64,000 nucleotides of DNA. Source: Gemmatimonadota bacterium (GTDB lineage: Bacteria > Latescibacterota > UBA2968 > UBA8231). Positions 55,393 through 64,000 of this stretch are shown piece after piece. The notes beneath the pieces were generated by a model. It worked only from the letters and a program-made list of their open reading frames with translations, searched no databases and was not told the origin of the DNA. Each line of letters starts with the position of its first letter. Position 1 is the first letter of the stretch. The stretch is taken from the NCBI GenBank assembly GCA_038153405.1, contig JAYOYH010000011.1, positions 23,050-87,049 of the forward strand. Reading direction: 5' to 3'. The position numbers and the translations under genes are program-made.

Positions 55393-56469
55393 ATGAGTGG
55401 ATTGGAAACAGACCTAAAGCTGCTGCGCGCCCTGCTGCAAATCCCCTGTCCCTCTGGACGAGAAGAGCGCATGGCCGACTTCGTATGCCAGTATATCGAG
55501 CAGATCGGATTTACGGCCTATAGAGACGCGCAGGGCAATGCCTGGACCCTGGTGCCGGGACGCCACAGCGACGCAGGCGCCGTGGCCATGGCAAGCCATA
55601 TGGATGAAATTGCCATGGTCGTGCACGCCATTGAAGACGATGGCACGCTGCGCGTGCAGCGCAGCGGCGGCTTGCATCCTTGGAAGCTCGGCGAAGGCCC
55701 CGTAGTGCTGGTTGGCGACGGCGATAGCTTAGTACCCGCCCATCTCAGCTTCGGGTCCGGGCACACCAACGATCCAGACGATCCCATCGCACAGTTTGCC
55801 AGCGGCGCGCGCGGCCTGCAGTGGTCGCACTGCCATCTGATTACCGGCCTGACGCCCGACCAACTGCGCGCGCGCGGCGTGCGCGTGGGCACCTGCGCCG
55901 TGCCCGACAGCGCGGTGCGCGGACCCCACTTGCTGGGCCCACCAGAAGACCCGCTAGTCTCGGCGTGGATCCTCGACAATCGCGGCGGCACGCTAACGCT
56001 GCTGCGCCTGCTGGAAAAAATGCAGCGCAGCGGCCTGCAGCCCGCCCGTCCGCTCTACCTGTGCTTTATGGTGCAAGAAGAAGGCGGCCTGCTGGGCGCC
56101 AAGGGTTGGGCGCACCGCAATCCGGTCGAAACTTTTATCGCCGTCGATTCCTCGCCTATTCCGCGCGGCTCACAGCTGGCGCTGGACGGCCGCCCAGCCA
56201 CTTGGTCCAAAGACTCGGGCGCCCACTTTCACCAAGGCCTTATCGGCGAGTTGGCCAGCGCTACGGCACGCGCCGGCAGCGAGCTCCAATACGCCGTCTA
56301 CGGCGCTGCCGCCTCGGACGCCACTGGCGTGCTGCAGGCCGGCCTAGCGCCGCGCGCCGCTACAATCGGCTATCCGCGCGCTAATTCGCACGGCTACGAA
56401 GTATGCCGCCTGAGCGTATTTAGCCACCTCGTAGACACACTCTTCGCTTACCTAGAAGATCTAGCGTGA
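55393..56469 (+). CDS. M42 family metallopeptidase / aminopeptidase
   Basis: PSGREE, SHMDEI, LDNRGG, VQEEGGL, AVD, SDA, HGYE. Confidence 0.85.
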   Translation: MSGLETDLKLLRALLQIPCPSGREERMADFVCQYIEQIGFTAYRDAQGNAWTLVPGRHSDAGAVAMASHMDEIAMVVHAIEDDGTLRVQRSGGLHPWKLGEGPVVLVGDGDSLVPAHLSFGSGHTNDPDDPIAQFASGARGLQWSHCHLITGLTPDQLRARGVRVGTCAVPDSAVRGPHLLGPPEDPLVSAWILDNRGGTLTLLRLLEKMQRSGLQPARPLYLCFMVQEEGGLLGAKGWAHRNPVETFIAVDSSPIPRGSQLALDGRPATWSKDSGAHFHQGLIGELASATARAGSELQYAVYGAAASDATGVLQAGLAPRAATIGYPRANSHGYEVCRLSVFSHLVDTLFAYLEDLA

Positions 56470-57833
56470 CCATCGATGCGCTTGATCAGCGGCGCATCGC
56501 CCTGCTCGGCTTCGGCGTAGAGAACCGCGCCCTAGGCCACTTTCTCAGCGCGCGCGGCATCTCTTTCTCCGTATGCGATGCCCGCCCACCCACTGAAGGC
56601 CTGCTGGCCGACTGGCCGCAGGTGCAGCGCTGGCACACCGGTTCCTCATATCTAGACGAACTATCGCACTACGACCTACTCTTTCGCACGCCAGGCCTCA
56701 GCGCGCTGCATCCGCGCCTGCGCCAGGCCGCAGCGCGCGGTGCCGACGTTTCGAGTCAGATGCAGCTATTTTTCTCCGCCTGCCCCAGCTCTCTGCTCGG
56801 CGTGACGGGAACCAAAGGCAAGGGCACGACGACGACGCTATTGGCCGCTCTGCTCGGAGCAGACCCGGCTCGGCGCGTTTTCGTCGGTGGCAATATCGGC
56901 CAACCACCCATCGCCTTCGTTAACGAACTGGGACCAGACGATCTAGTGCTGCTCGAGCTGTCTAGTTTTCAGCTGCAGGATCTGGCGCAGAGTCCGCACG
57001 TAGCGCTAGTGCTGTCGGTGACGCAGGACCACCTCGACTACCACGCCCACCGCAACGAGTACGTCGATGCCAAGCGCAACATAGCCCGCCACCAACAGCC
57101 AACGGACCTACTTATAACCCACGCCGACTGCCCTACCGCACGCTCTTTTGCCGACGATTCCCCTGCGCAGCACTGGTCTTTTAGCGCCCGAGCGCCCGTA
57201 GAGCCCGGCGCGTGGATTGCGGGCAATCGTCTGTGCGTGCGCCTGCCCGGCCAACCAGCCGTCGAAGTCAGCCGCACCGAAGCGCTGCGGCTTCCGGGTC
57301 GCCACAACGCGGAAAACGCCTGCGCGGCCATCGCCGCGGCTGCGGCCGTCGGCATAGCGCCAGCATCCATGCAGGAGCCATTGGCCGACGTTGGCGGCCT
57401 GCCCCACCGCCTCGAATACCTAGGCGAGAGAGCGGGTATCGCCTACTATAACGACTCGCTAGCAACCACGCCCGATGCGGCCATCGCCGCACTGCGCGCC
57501 CTTGAACGACCCATCGCCCTCATAGCCGGCGGCGCCGGCAAGGGAGCCGATTTTACCGAACTGGGGCACGCCATCGCCGCAAACACCATGCGGGGTGTGC
57601 TGTTGTTGGGAGAAGAGGCACTGCGCCTCGAAAGGGCGTTAGAAGCAGCCGGCTATGCAGGACCACTGCGGCACTGCGCCAGTATGGAAGATGCCGTGGA
57701 GTCGGCGCGCAGGTGGGCGCAGGCCGGCGACGCCGTGCTGCTGTCGCCAGCCTGCGCCAGCTTCGGCATGTTTGCCGACTACCGCGAGCGCGGCGAGCGT
57801 TTCAAGCGAGCGAGCGGCTTTGCCACCGACTAG
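56466..57833 (+). CDS. murD: UDP-N-acetylmuramoyl-L-alanine--glutamate ligase (MurD family)
   Basis: GVTGTKGKGTTT, GGNIG, ELSSFQL, DHLDYH, LPHRLE, YYNDSLAT, LLSPACASF..F.DY.ERG. Confidence 0.9.
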   Translation: MTIDALDQRRIALLGFGVENRALGHFLSARGISFSVCDARPPTEGLLADWPQVQRWHTGSSYLDELSHYDLLFRTPGLSALHPRLRQAAARGADVSSQMQLFFSACPSSLLGVTGTKGKGTTTTLLAALLGADPARRVFVGGNIGQPPIAFVNELGPDDLVLLELSSFQLQDLAQSPHVALVLSVTQDHLDYHAHRNEYVDAKRNIARHQQPTDLLITHADCPTARSFADDSPAQHWSFSARAPVEPGAWIAGNRLCVRLPGQPAVEVSRTEALRLPGRHNAENACAAIAAAAAVGIAPASMQEPLADVGGLPHRLEYLGERAGIAYYNDSLATTPDAAIAALRALERPIALIAGGAGKGADFTELGHAIAANTMRGVLLLGEEALRLERALEAAGYAGPLRHCASMEDAVESARRWAQAGDAVLLSPACASFGMFADYRERGERFKRASGFATD

Positions 57834-57836
57834 GCG

Positions 57837-58628
57837 TCAGATGTTGTAGTGCAGCCCGCACTCTTTATTGTCGTCCACATCGTCCAGCTGATTGAACCAG
57901 CGCCAGCGGCCAGCGCGCTTGTCCTCGCCCGGGCGCACCGGCGTAGCGCAGATAATGCACCCAAATGAAGGGTACCCCTGTTCGTAGAGCGGGTGCGTTG
58001 GCACGTCGTTGTCGCGCACGTAGGCCTCCAAGCGCTCCTCGCTCCAATCGACCAGCGGATTGAGCTTGAGTAGTTTGCGCTGCGTGCCGTATTCGCCAAT
58101 CAGTTCGGCTTTTTTTGCCGTGTCCTTGCGGTGCGCCGACTGATCCCAGCGCTGACCCGAAATCCAGCAATCGGCCGTCTTGAGCATTTCGTTGCGCGGC
58201 TTGGTTTTACGCAAGTCACAGCAATGTTCCTGCTTTTCTTTCGAGTCGAAAAAAAGATATTCGCCAAATCGATCTATCATGCGCCGCAGATGCTCTTCTC
58301 GCGGCTGCCACACTTCTATTTGGCATCCATAGCGCTCCTTGACTAAGTCCATGAAGGCATAGGTTTCAGGGTGTAGACGCAAGGTATCGAATGTGGCCAG
58401 TCGCAGGTCTATTCCACCGCTGACGACCATGTGCAGCATGGCCATTCCCGTATTCTGAAAGCTGGTGGCCAAAACGGCGCGTCCGGGAAAGTTCTCACCG
58501 GCCCAACCCAGCGCGTCGGCGGCGTCCATACCATCCCAATCGACGCAGTCTATATCATTTTTTAGACGCTCGTTGTGCTCTTCCAAATTCTTGTTTTTCA
58601 ATCTTTTACTCGTTCCATTGGCCGCCAT
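57837..58628 (-). CDS. cysH: APS/PAPS reductase (CysH family, [4Fe-4S] APS-reductase type)
   Basis: DTLRLHPETY, CCDLRK, GYPSFGCIICATP, RAGRW, KECGLH; ATG at 58628 preferred. Confidence 0.88.
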   Translation of the reverse strand: MAANGTSKRLKNKNLEEHNERLKNDIDCVDWDGMDAADALGWAGENFPGRAVLATSFQNTGMAMLHMVVSGGIDLRLATFDTLRLHPETYAFMDLVKERYGCQIEVWQPREEHLRRMIDRFGEYLFFDSKEKQEHCCDLRKTKPRNEMLKTADCWISGQRWDQSAHRKDTAKKAELIGEYGTQRKLLKLNPLVDWSEERLEAYVRDNDVPTHPLYEQGYPSFGCIICATPVRPGEDKRAGRWRWFNQLDDVDDNKECGLHYNI

Positions 58629-58716
58629 TTTACCACTTAAAAACGGCCGATCATAGCACATATTGAACAAAGCATATAATATATAGTCAGGCACTCCTTC
58701 GCAAAGACAGACAAGC

Positions 58717-59082
58717 ATGCAATCCTCGACGGCCCCACACGTGTTGTTTTGGGATGGCGACTGTGCGTTTTGCGGGCGCTGCGCCGCTTGGGCCTTGGCG
58801 CGCGGCGGCCGGACACTGCGCGCCGTTCCCTACCAGCAAGCAGCCGATCCGCCGATGGATGACGCACTGCGCCGTGCCTGCCGCCGCGCTGTGCACCTGC
58901 AATTGCCCGACGGCCGACTGGAACGGGCTGGACGCGCCTGTCTAACGATCCTGCATCTGATCGGCTATCGACGCACGGCGTCCGTGCTGCGCCTCCGCCC
59001 TCTGGTCTGGTGTGTCGAGTGCGGCTACTGGGTTGTGGCGCGCTATCGCGCATTCTTTTCCCGCTTGCTGTTTCGCACCTAG
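58717..59082 (+). CDS. DCC1-like thiol-disulfide oxidoreductase (DUF393)
   Basis: VLFWDGDCAFC N-terminal motif; GYWVVARYR C-terminal motif. Confidence 0.82.
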   Translation: MQSSTAPHVLFWDGDCAFCGRCAAWALARGGRTLRAVPYQQAADPPMDDALRRACRRAVHLQLPDGRLERAGRACLTILHLIGYRRTASVLRLRPLVWCVECGYWVVARYRAFFSRLLFRT

Positions 59083-59132
59083 CGCGCAGCACGCCAATAT
59101 ACGCGTGATAGCGAGCACATAAATTGAGCTAA

Positions 59133-61364
59133 ATGAAATACTTAATAGAGCCTGCCAGCGCACAGGTCGAAGCAGCCTTCGCCGCAACCCTCGATGCGGA
59201 CGAAACGCTTCTCGTGCGCGCGGCGTGCGACATCGACGAGAGCGGACGCTTTGGGCGCCGGTGGTTGGCCCTTACACAACGTCGCGTGCTCATCGCTTCG
59301 GACGAGCCAGCACATATCCAGTCCGTGCCCCTTGTCGACATAAGCGACAGCCGCACCGAAACGCTGGTCGGTGGCAGCCGTCTGGAAATCGAGCGCACCC
59401 ATGCACCGACGATCTATATCTACTATAGCCGGTCGCAAGCGGATACGTTTTCAGAAGTAGCGCGCGGCTTAGAGCAGCTCTGCAAAGGGGATGAGCTCCT
59501 CATCAATACAGAGCCCGACTGCCTGCGCTGCCCGCAGTGCAGACGCCTGTTGCCAGAGAAAAATGGCCTCTGCCCAGCCTGTATTAAGAAGGGCGATACC
59601 CTCAAGCGCATCGCCAGCTACCTGATACCCTACAAGAGCAAAGCCTTAACACTGGCGCTATCGTCCGCGGCCATGACAGTAGCCGAATTGGTGCCTCCAC
59701 TCGTAACCAAGCACATCGTCGACGACGTGCTGGTACCCGCTGCCGACAGCGCGGCGACCATCGACGAGCGGCTGTCCTTGCTCGGCTGGCTGGTATTGGC
59801 CCTAGTCGGTCTACGCGTGCTGAGTTGGGGGGCCGAATGGGTGCACGGCTGGATCATGTCGTGGCTCGGCGCCCAAGTGACGGCCGACATTCGCTCGCAG
59901 CTCTACCAGCGACTGGAGATGCTCTCGCTGCAGTTTTACGACAAGCGCAAGGTCGGTGCGCTGATTTCGCGCGCTACGCGCGATGCCGGCATGCTGCAAG
60001 AATTTCTCGTCAACGGACTGCCCTACCTCATCATCAACGGGCTCATGGTGCTGGGCATCTTCGCTTTTCTGCTGTGGATGAGCCCCACTCTGAGCCTGTA
60101 TATCATGCTGCCCGTGCCGGTGCTGATGATTTGGGGCGTCGTGTTCTGGAAACGCATGCGCGGCTACTTCAACCAGTGGGGACAAGTTTGGTCCAACCTG
60201 ACCGACCGCACGGTCGAGGCCCTGACCGGCATTCGCGTCGTCAAGGCCTTTGCCCAAGAGCAGCGCGAGATGGCGGCCTTCGCCAAGCACAATCATCGCC
60301 TGCGCGAAGTGGCGGTTCGCACCGCGCTCAACCGGGGCATTTTTTTTGCGACCATCACTTTTCTAACCGGCCTGGGTATGCTCATGGTCTGGCTATTTGG
60401 CGGTCAGCAGGTTCTCAAAAACGAGATAACCCTCGGCACGCTGCTGGCTTTCTATTCGTATATGTGGCTGTTCTATGGCCCATTGGAGTGGTTTGGCCAA
60501 GTCAACGATTGGATGAGCCGCGCCTTTGCCGGAGCCGAACGCATTTTTGAAGTCATCGACACCGACCCGGAAGCATACGAAAATCCACATGCCGTGCGCA
60601 TGCCGCGCATGGAGGGCGCAATACGCTTTCGCGACGTGCGCTTTGGCTACGACAAGAGCAAGCCCGTTTTGAAGGGCATTGACCTGGAGCTCAAGCCGGG
60701 TGAGATGATCGGCTTAGTCGGCCGCTCCGGCGTGGGTAAAACGACCACCATCAACCTCATCGCCCGGTTCTACGACGCCGACCACGGCGCGATTGAAATT
60801 GATGGAATCGATATTCGCCACATCCACCTGCGCGACCTGCGTTCGCAAATTGGCATCGTCCTGCAGGAACCCGTGCTGTTCTCCGGCACCATCGCCGATA
60901 ATATTGGCTACGGAAAGCCGGGCGCCGCGTTTGCAGAGATTATGGACGCGGCGCGCGCGGCCAACGCACACGACTTTATTATCAACAAAGTGGACGGCTA
61001 CGAAACCCAGGTCGGCGAAAAGGGCGCCGGCCTGTCCGGCGGCGAGCGCCAGCGCATCTCCATTGCGCGCGCTATTTTACACGATCCGCGCATTCTCATA
61101 CTCGACGAGGCCACTGCCTCGGTCGACGTGCAAACGGAAAAGCTGATCCAAGAGGCCATGGGGCGTCTCGCCAGGGGACGCACCACCATTTCCATCGCCC
61201 ACCGCCTCTCCACCCTGCGCGAAGCCGACCGCCTCATCGTGTTGGAAGAGGGCCGCATCGTCGAGCAGGGCAGCCACGCCGAACTCATGCAACGGCGCGG
61301 CCCATTCTACGACCTGGTGCAGCTGCAGCAAGCCGTGGCGCAGATCATCGCCGTCGGAGAATGA
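59133..61364 (+). CDS. ABC exporter with N-terminal PH-like domain and zinc ribbon
   Basis: WLALTQRRV, LVGGSRLE, CPQC..CPAC, TMD, GRSGVGKT, LSGGERQR, LILDEAT, AHR. Confidence 0.9.
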   Translation: MKYLIEPASAQVEAAFAATLDADETLLVRAACDIDESGRFGRRWLALTQRRVLIASDEPAHIQSVPLVDISDSRTETLVGGSRLEIERTHAPTIYIYYSRSQADTFSEVARGLEQLCKGDELLINTEPDCLRCPQCRRLLPEKNGLCPACIKKGDTLKRIASYLIPYKSKALTLALSSAAMTVAELVPPLVTKHIVDDVLVPAADSAATIDERLSLLGWLVLALVGLRVLSWGAEWVHGWIMSWLGAQVTADIRSQLYQRLEMLSLQFYDKRKVGALISRATRDAGMLQEFLVNGLPYLIINGLMVLGIFAFLLWMSPTLSLYIMLPVPVLMIWGVVFWKRMRGYFNQWGQVWSNLTDRTVEALTGIRVVKAFAQEQREMAAFAKHNHRLREVAVRTALNRGIFFATITFLTGLGMLMVWLFGGQQVLKNEITLGTLLAFYSYMWLFYGPLEWFGQVNDWMSRAFAGAERIFEVIDTDPEAYENPHAVRMPRMEGAIRFRDVRFGYDKSKPVLKGIDLELKPGEMIGLVGRSGVGKTTTINLIARFYDADHGAIEIDGIDIRHIHLRDLRSQIGIVLQEPVLFSGTIADNIGYGKPGAAFAEIMDAARAANAHDFIINKVDGYETQVGEKGAGLSGGERQRISIARAILHDPRILILDEATASVDVQTEKLIQEAMGRLARGRTTISIAHRLSTLREADRLIVLEEGRIVEQGSHAELMQRRGPFYDLVQLQQAVAQIIAVGE

Positions 61365-63577
61365 CCGTGTCCCATTTCGTCGAAGAGTTGCCGAAAACAG
61401 CCGCCGATAAGGTAGGTGCAGCCAAGGGGCCGGACGAATGCGTGGTAATCCAGGTGGCCACCGACATGGCCGGGCGCGGACGCTTTTCCGAGCGCTTTCT
61501 CGTGGTCACCTCCCAACGCCTGCTCGTGCTCGGCCCCGACGACAGCGGCGACGACGTGCAGGTGGCCATGAGCCAGATCAAAACAGTGCGCATCGAGGCG
61601 CTAGTCGGCGGTGGCCGACTCGAGGTTGAGCGCAGAGAAAGCGAACCCGTCCACCTCTATTATTCCAACTCGCTGACGCCGAAGTTCGCCGAAGTGGCCG
61701 AGGGCATCAACCTGCTCTTGGAAGGCGAAGATCCCAACCTGCCGCTTCAGCTCGACCGGACGCACTGCGCCGCATGCCAGCGTCTGCTGCCGGAAAAAGG
61801 CGGCATCTGCCCGGCGTGCATCAAAAAGAGCGACACGCTCAAGCGCCTGCTGAGCTATGTGGTGCCCTATAAAGGACGCGCGCTGCTGCTCGTCGCCCTG
61901 ACCCTGTTCACTTCGCTTATCGAATTAGCACCGCCTTATATCGCCAAACACATCATCGACGACGTCCTCACCGCCCAAGGCGGGGTCGACCTACTCTACC
62001 TCTACGTCGGCATGCTCCTTACTCTGGCCATTGTCCGCTGGGTTGGCAACGTAGTGCGGCGCTGGCTCAATACCTGGGTCGGCTTTCGCGCCATTGCCGA
62101 TTTGCGCGCCGATTTGTTTCGCGCCATGCAGTTTCTGCCGCTGCGCTTTTACGACAAGCGCAAGGTCGGCTCGTTGATCTCTCGCATGAACAACGATTCT
62201 GATCTAGTCGAAGTATACCTGATATTCGACGCACCCTTTATTCTGTCGAACGCGACGATGATCGTCGGCATTCTCGCCCTGCTCTTTTACATGGACTGGC
62301 AGTTAACGCTCTACGTGCTGCTGCCGGTACCGCCCATCGTCCTGGGCTCCAGCCTAATCTGGAACCGCATGCAGGGTTATTGGCGCCGCTGGGGTGCGCG
62401 CTGGTCGCGTCTGTCGACTCATCTGAACGAATCGATTGCCGGTATCCGCATCGTCAAAGCCTTCGCCCAAGAATCGCGCGAGAGCGCGCGCTTTGACCGC
62501 CACAACCACGCCCTGCGCAACATCAGCGTCAGCGCCGAACGCTCTTGGCTGGTATTTTTCATGATCACCAACTTTTTCATGAGTTTCGGTGCGTTTTTCG
62601 TGTGGTACTTCGGCGGTGTACAGATTCTCGAAGGCCGGCTGCAGCTCGGCGCGCTAATGGCTTTTATTTCCTACCTATGGATGCTCTACCAGCCGCTCAA
62701 GTGGTTTGGCGATTTTTACAGCTTTATGGTGCGCGCCTTTGCCGGCGCCGAGCGCATCTTCGAGGTGATAGACGCCCGCGCTGAGCCCTTTGGAGACGCC
62801 GACGCACTGCCCATGCCGGACATACGCGGACACGTGCATTTCAAAAAAGCAGCCTTTGCCTACGACCCCGGGAAAATCGTGCTACGCGATATTGACCTCG
62901 AAGTGCAGCCGGGTGAAATGATCGGTTTAGTGGGTCGTTCGGGCGTGGGCAAGAGCACGCTCATCAACCTTATTATGCGCTTTTACGAAGCCAGCCGCGG
63001 CTGCGTGGAAATCGACGGCATCGACATTCGCACGATCCGTTTGGAGAACCTGCGCTCGCAGATTGGCCTGGTCGCCCAACAGTCGTTTTTATTTAACGGC
63101 ACCATCGCCGACAACATCGCCTATGGCAAGCCCGGCGCTTCATTTGAAGAAATCCTGCGCGCCGCGCGCGCAGCCAACGCACACGAATTTATCGTCAATA
63201 AAATTGATGGGTACGACATGATCGTAGGCGAGCAGGGAAACAAGCTATCGGGCGGCGAAAAGCAGCGCATAGCCATAGCGCGCGCCATCCTACACGATCC
63301 CAAAATTCTCATACTCGACGAGGCGACGTCCTCGCTGGACACCCCGACCGAAAAGAAAATTCAGGAGGCTATCGCCCGCCTGATAAAGGGGCGCACGACC
63401 TTTGCCATCGCCCACCGACTATCGACCCTGCGCAGCGCCGACCGACTCGTCGTGCTCGACGCGGGTAAAATCGCCGAAGTCGGCACGCACGAAGAGTTGA
63501 TGGCGCGACGGGGAATCTTTTATAATTTGGTGCAGACCCAGCAGGCCACATCGGCCGTTATGGCTACGGAGAACTGA
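61361..63577 (+). CDS. ABC exporter with N-terminal PH-like domain and zinc ribbon
   Basis: FLVVTSQRL, LVGGGRLE, CAAC..CPAC, TMD, GRSGVGKS, LSGGEKQR, LILDEAT, AHR; ATGA overlap with the previous gene. Confidence 0.9.
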   Translation: MTVSHFVEELPKTAADKVGAAKGPDECVVIQVATDMAGRGRFSERFLVVTSQRLLVLGPDDSGDDVQVAMSQIKTVRIEALVGGGRLEVERRESEPVHLYYSNSLTPKFAEVAEGINLLLEGEDPNLPLQLDRTHCAACQRLLPEKGGICPACIKKSDTLKRLLSYVVPYKGRALLLVALTLFTSLIELAPPYIAKHIIDDVLTAQGGVDLLYLYVGMLLTLAIVRWVGNVVRRWLNTWVGFRAIADLRADLFRAMQFLPLRFYDKRKVGSLISRMNNDSDLVEVYLIFDAPFILSNATMIVGILALLFYMDWQLTLYVLLPVPPIVLGSSLIWNRMQGYWRRWGARWSRLSTHLNESIAGIRIVKAFAQESRESARFDRHNHALRNISVSAERSWLVFFMITNFFMSFGAFFVWYFGGVQILEGRLQLGALMAFISYLWMLYQPLKWFGDFYSFMVRAFAGAERIFEVIDARAEPFGDADALPMPDIRGHVHFKKAAFAYDPGKIVLRDIDLEVQPGEMIGLVGRSGVGKSTLINLIMRFYEASRGCVEIDGIDIRTIRLENLRSQIGLVAQQSFLFNGTIADNIAYGKPGASFEEILRAARAANAHEFIVNKIDGYDMIVGEQGNKLSGGEKQRIAIARAILHDPKILILDEATSSLDTPTEKKIQEAIARLIKGRTTFAIAHRLSTLRSADRLVVLDAGKIAEVGTHEELMARRGIFYNLVQTQQATSAVMATEN

Positions 63578-63580
63578 GCA

Positions 63581-64000
63581 ATGGCTGCAGACAGTGCGGA
63601 TAGTGCGGAGAAGAAAGATCCGGTTATTACACCCATAACGGTGACGCATCCCGAACAGGTAGACGTCGAGACGCTGCGCCTCTTTCGCGAACCAGCGTGG
63701 ACGCTGCGCCTAACTATTGGAGAGGATCGATCGTATACGCGCGTCAAGATCGTGCGCGCCGCGCCGCTCTCGCACCCCGACCAATACATTTCCTTCCTCG
63801 ACGCCAAAGACGAGGAAATCTGCATGGTTGACGACCTCAAGCAAATGGACGACGCGGCGCGCAGCATTATCAAAGAGGAGTTGGATCGGCGCTACCTCAC
63901 CTCGACCGTACAGCGCGTTGAGTCCATACGCAATGAATTTGGCACCTCGTATTGGGACGTGCAGACCGATCGCGGACAGCGCGAGTTTGTAGTGCAGAAC
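63581..64000 (+). CDS. DUF1854-like protein (partial, runs off the window)
   Basis: Translated by hand: MAADSADS...VRAAPLSHPDQYISFLDAKDEEICMVDDL...EELDRRYL...NEFGTSYWDVQTDRGQREFVVQN; paralogous to 20701-21216. Confidence 0.85.
   Translation, partial: MAADSADSAEKKDPVITPITVTHPEQVDVETLRLFREPAWTLRLTIGEDRSYTRVKIVRAAPLSHPDQYISFLDAKDEEICMVDDLKQMDDAARSIIKEELDRRYLTSTVQRVESIRNEFGTSYWDVQTDRGQREFVVQN

Noticed and set aside
1..64000. CRISPR arrays, tRNA/rRNA, transposases, integrases, inteins, sel genes
   Set aside because: None recognised by eye. Intergenic gaps are short and lack periodic repeats or cloverleaf motifs, and Sec machinery, if present, lies outside the window.

Overview
A GC-rich bacterial chromosomal segment with about 57 genes and no recognisable rRNA, tRNA, CRISPR array, transposase or phage genes. 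The ileS(type 2)-dksA/traR-lspA-rluD order, fused SecDF, outer-membrane efflux system and DUF6807/PmoA-like gene suggest a diderm organism, possibly FCB-group (Latescibacterota-like); this is an inference only. Most content is housekeeping (ileS, lspA, secDF, dnaE, map, dut, argC, murD, cysH, wecB, rfbB) or catabolic/transport (glcDE, xdhC, CoxM/CoxS-like pair, RND and MATE efflux). The strongest hidden signal is an 89-aa DUF5069-like gene (53556-53825, minus) split by an in-frame TGA where the family normally has Cys, with a SECIS-like hairpin 12 nt downstream: a candidate selenoprotein that the ORF track truncates. It lies in a cluster with a LecA-like lectin, an atypical APH-like kinase and a glycosyltransferase. 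Also notable: three ABC exporters with N-terminal PH-like and Zn-ribbon domains, in two modules each coupled to a DUF1854-like gene; an unannotated 58-aa DnaJ-type zinc-finger microprotein; and a miniature sigma-70-like protein (region 1.2- and 4-like only) behind a sigma-54 promoter. The first ~130 nt look like low-quality contig-end sequence. Family assignments come from motif recognition, not database searches.
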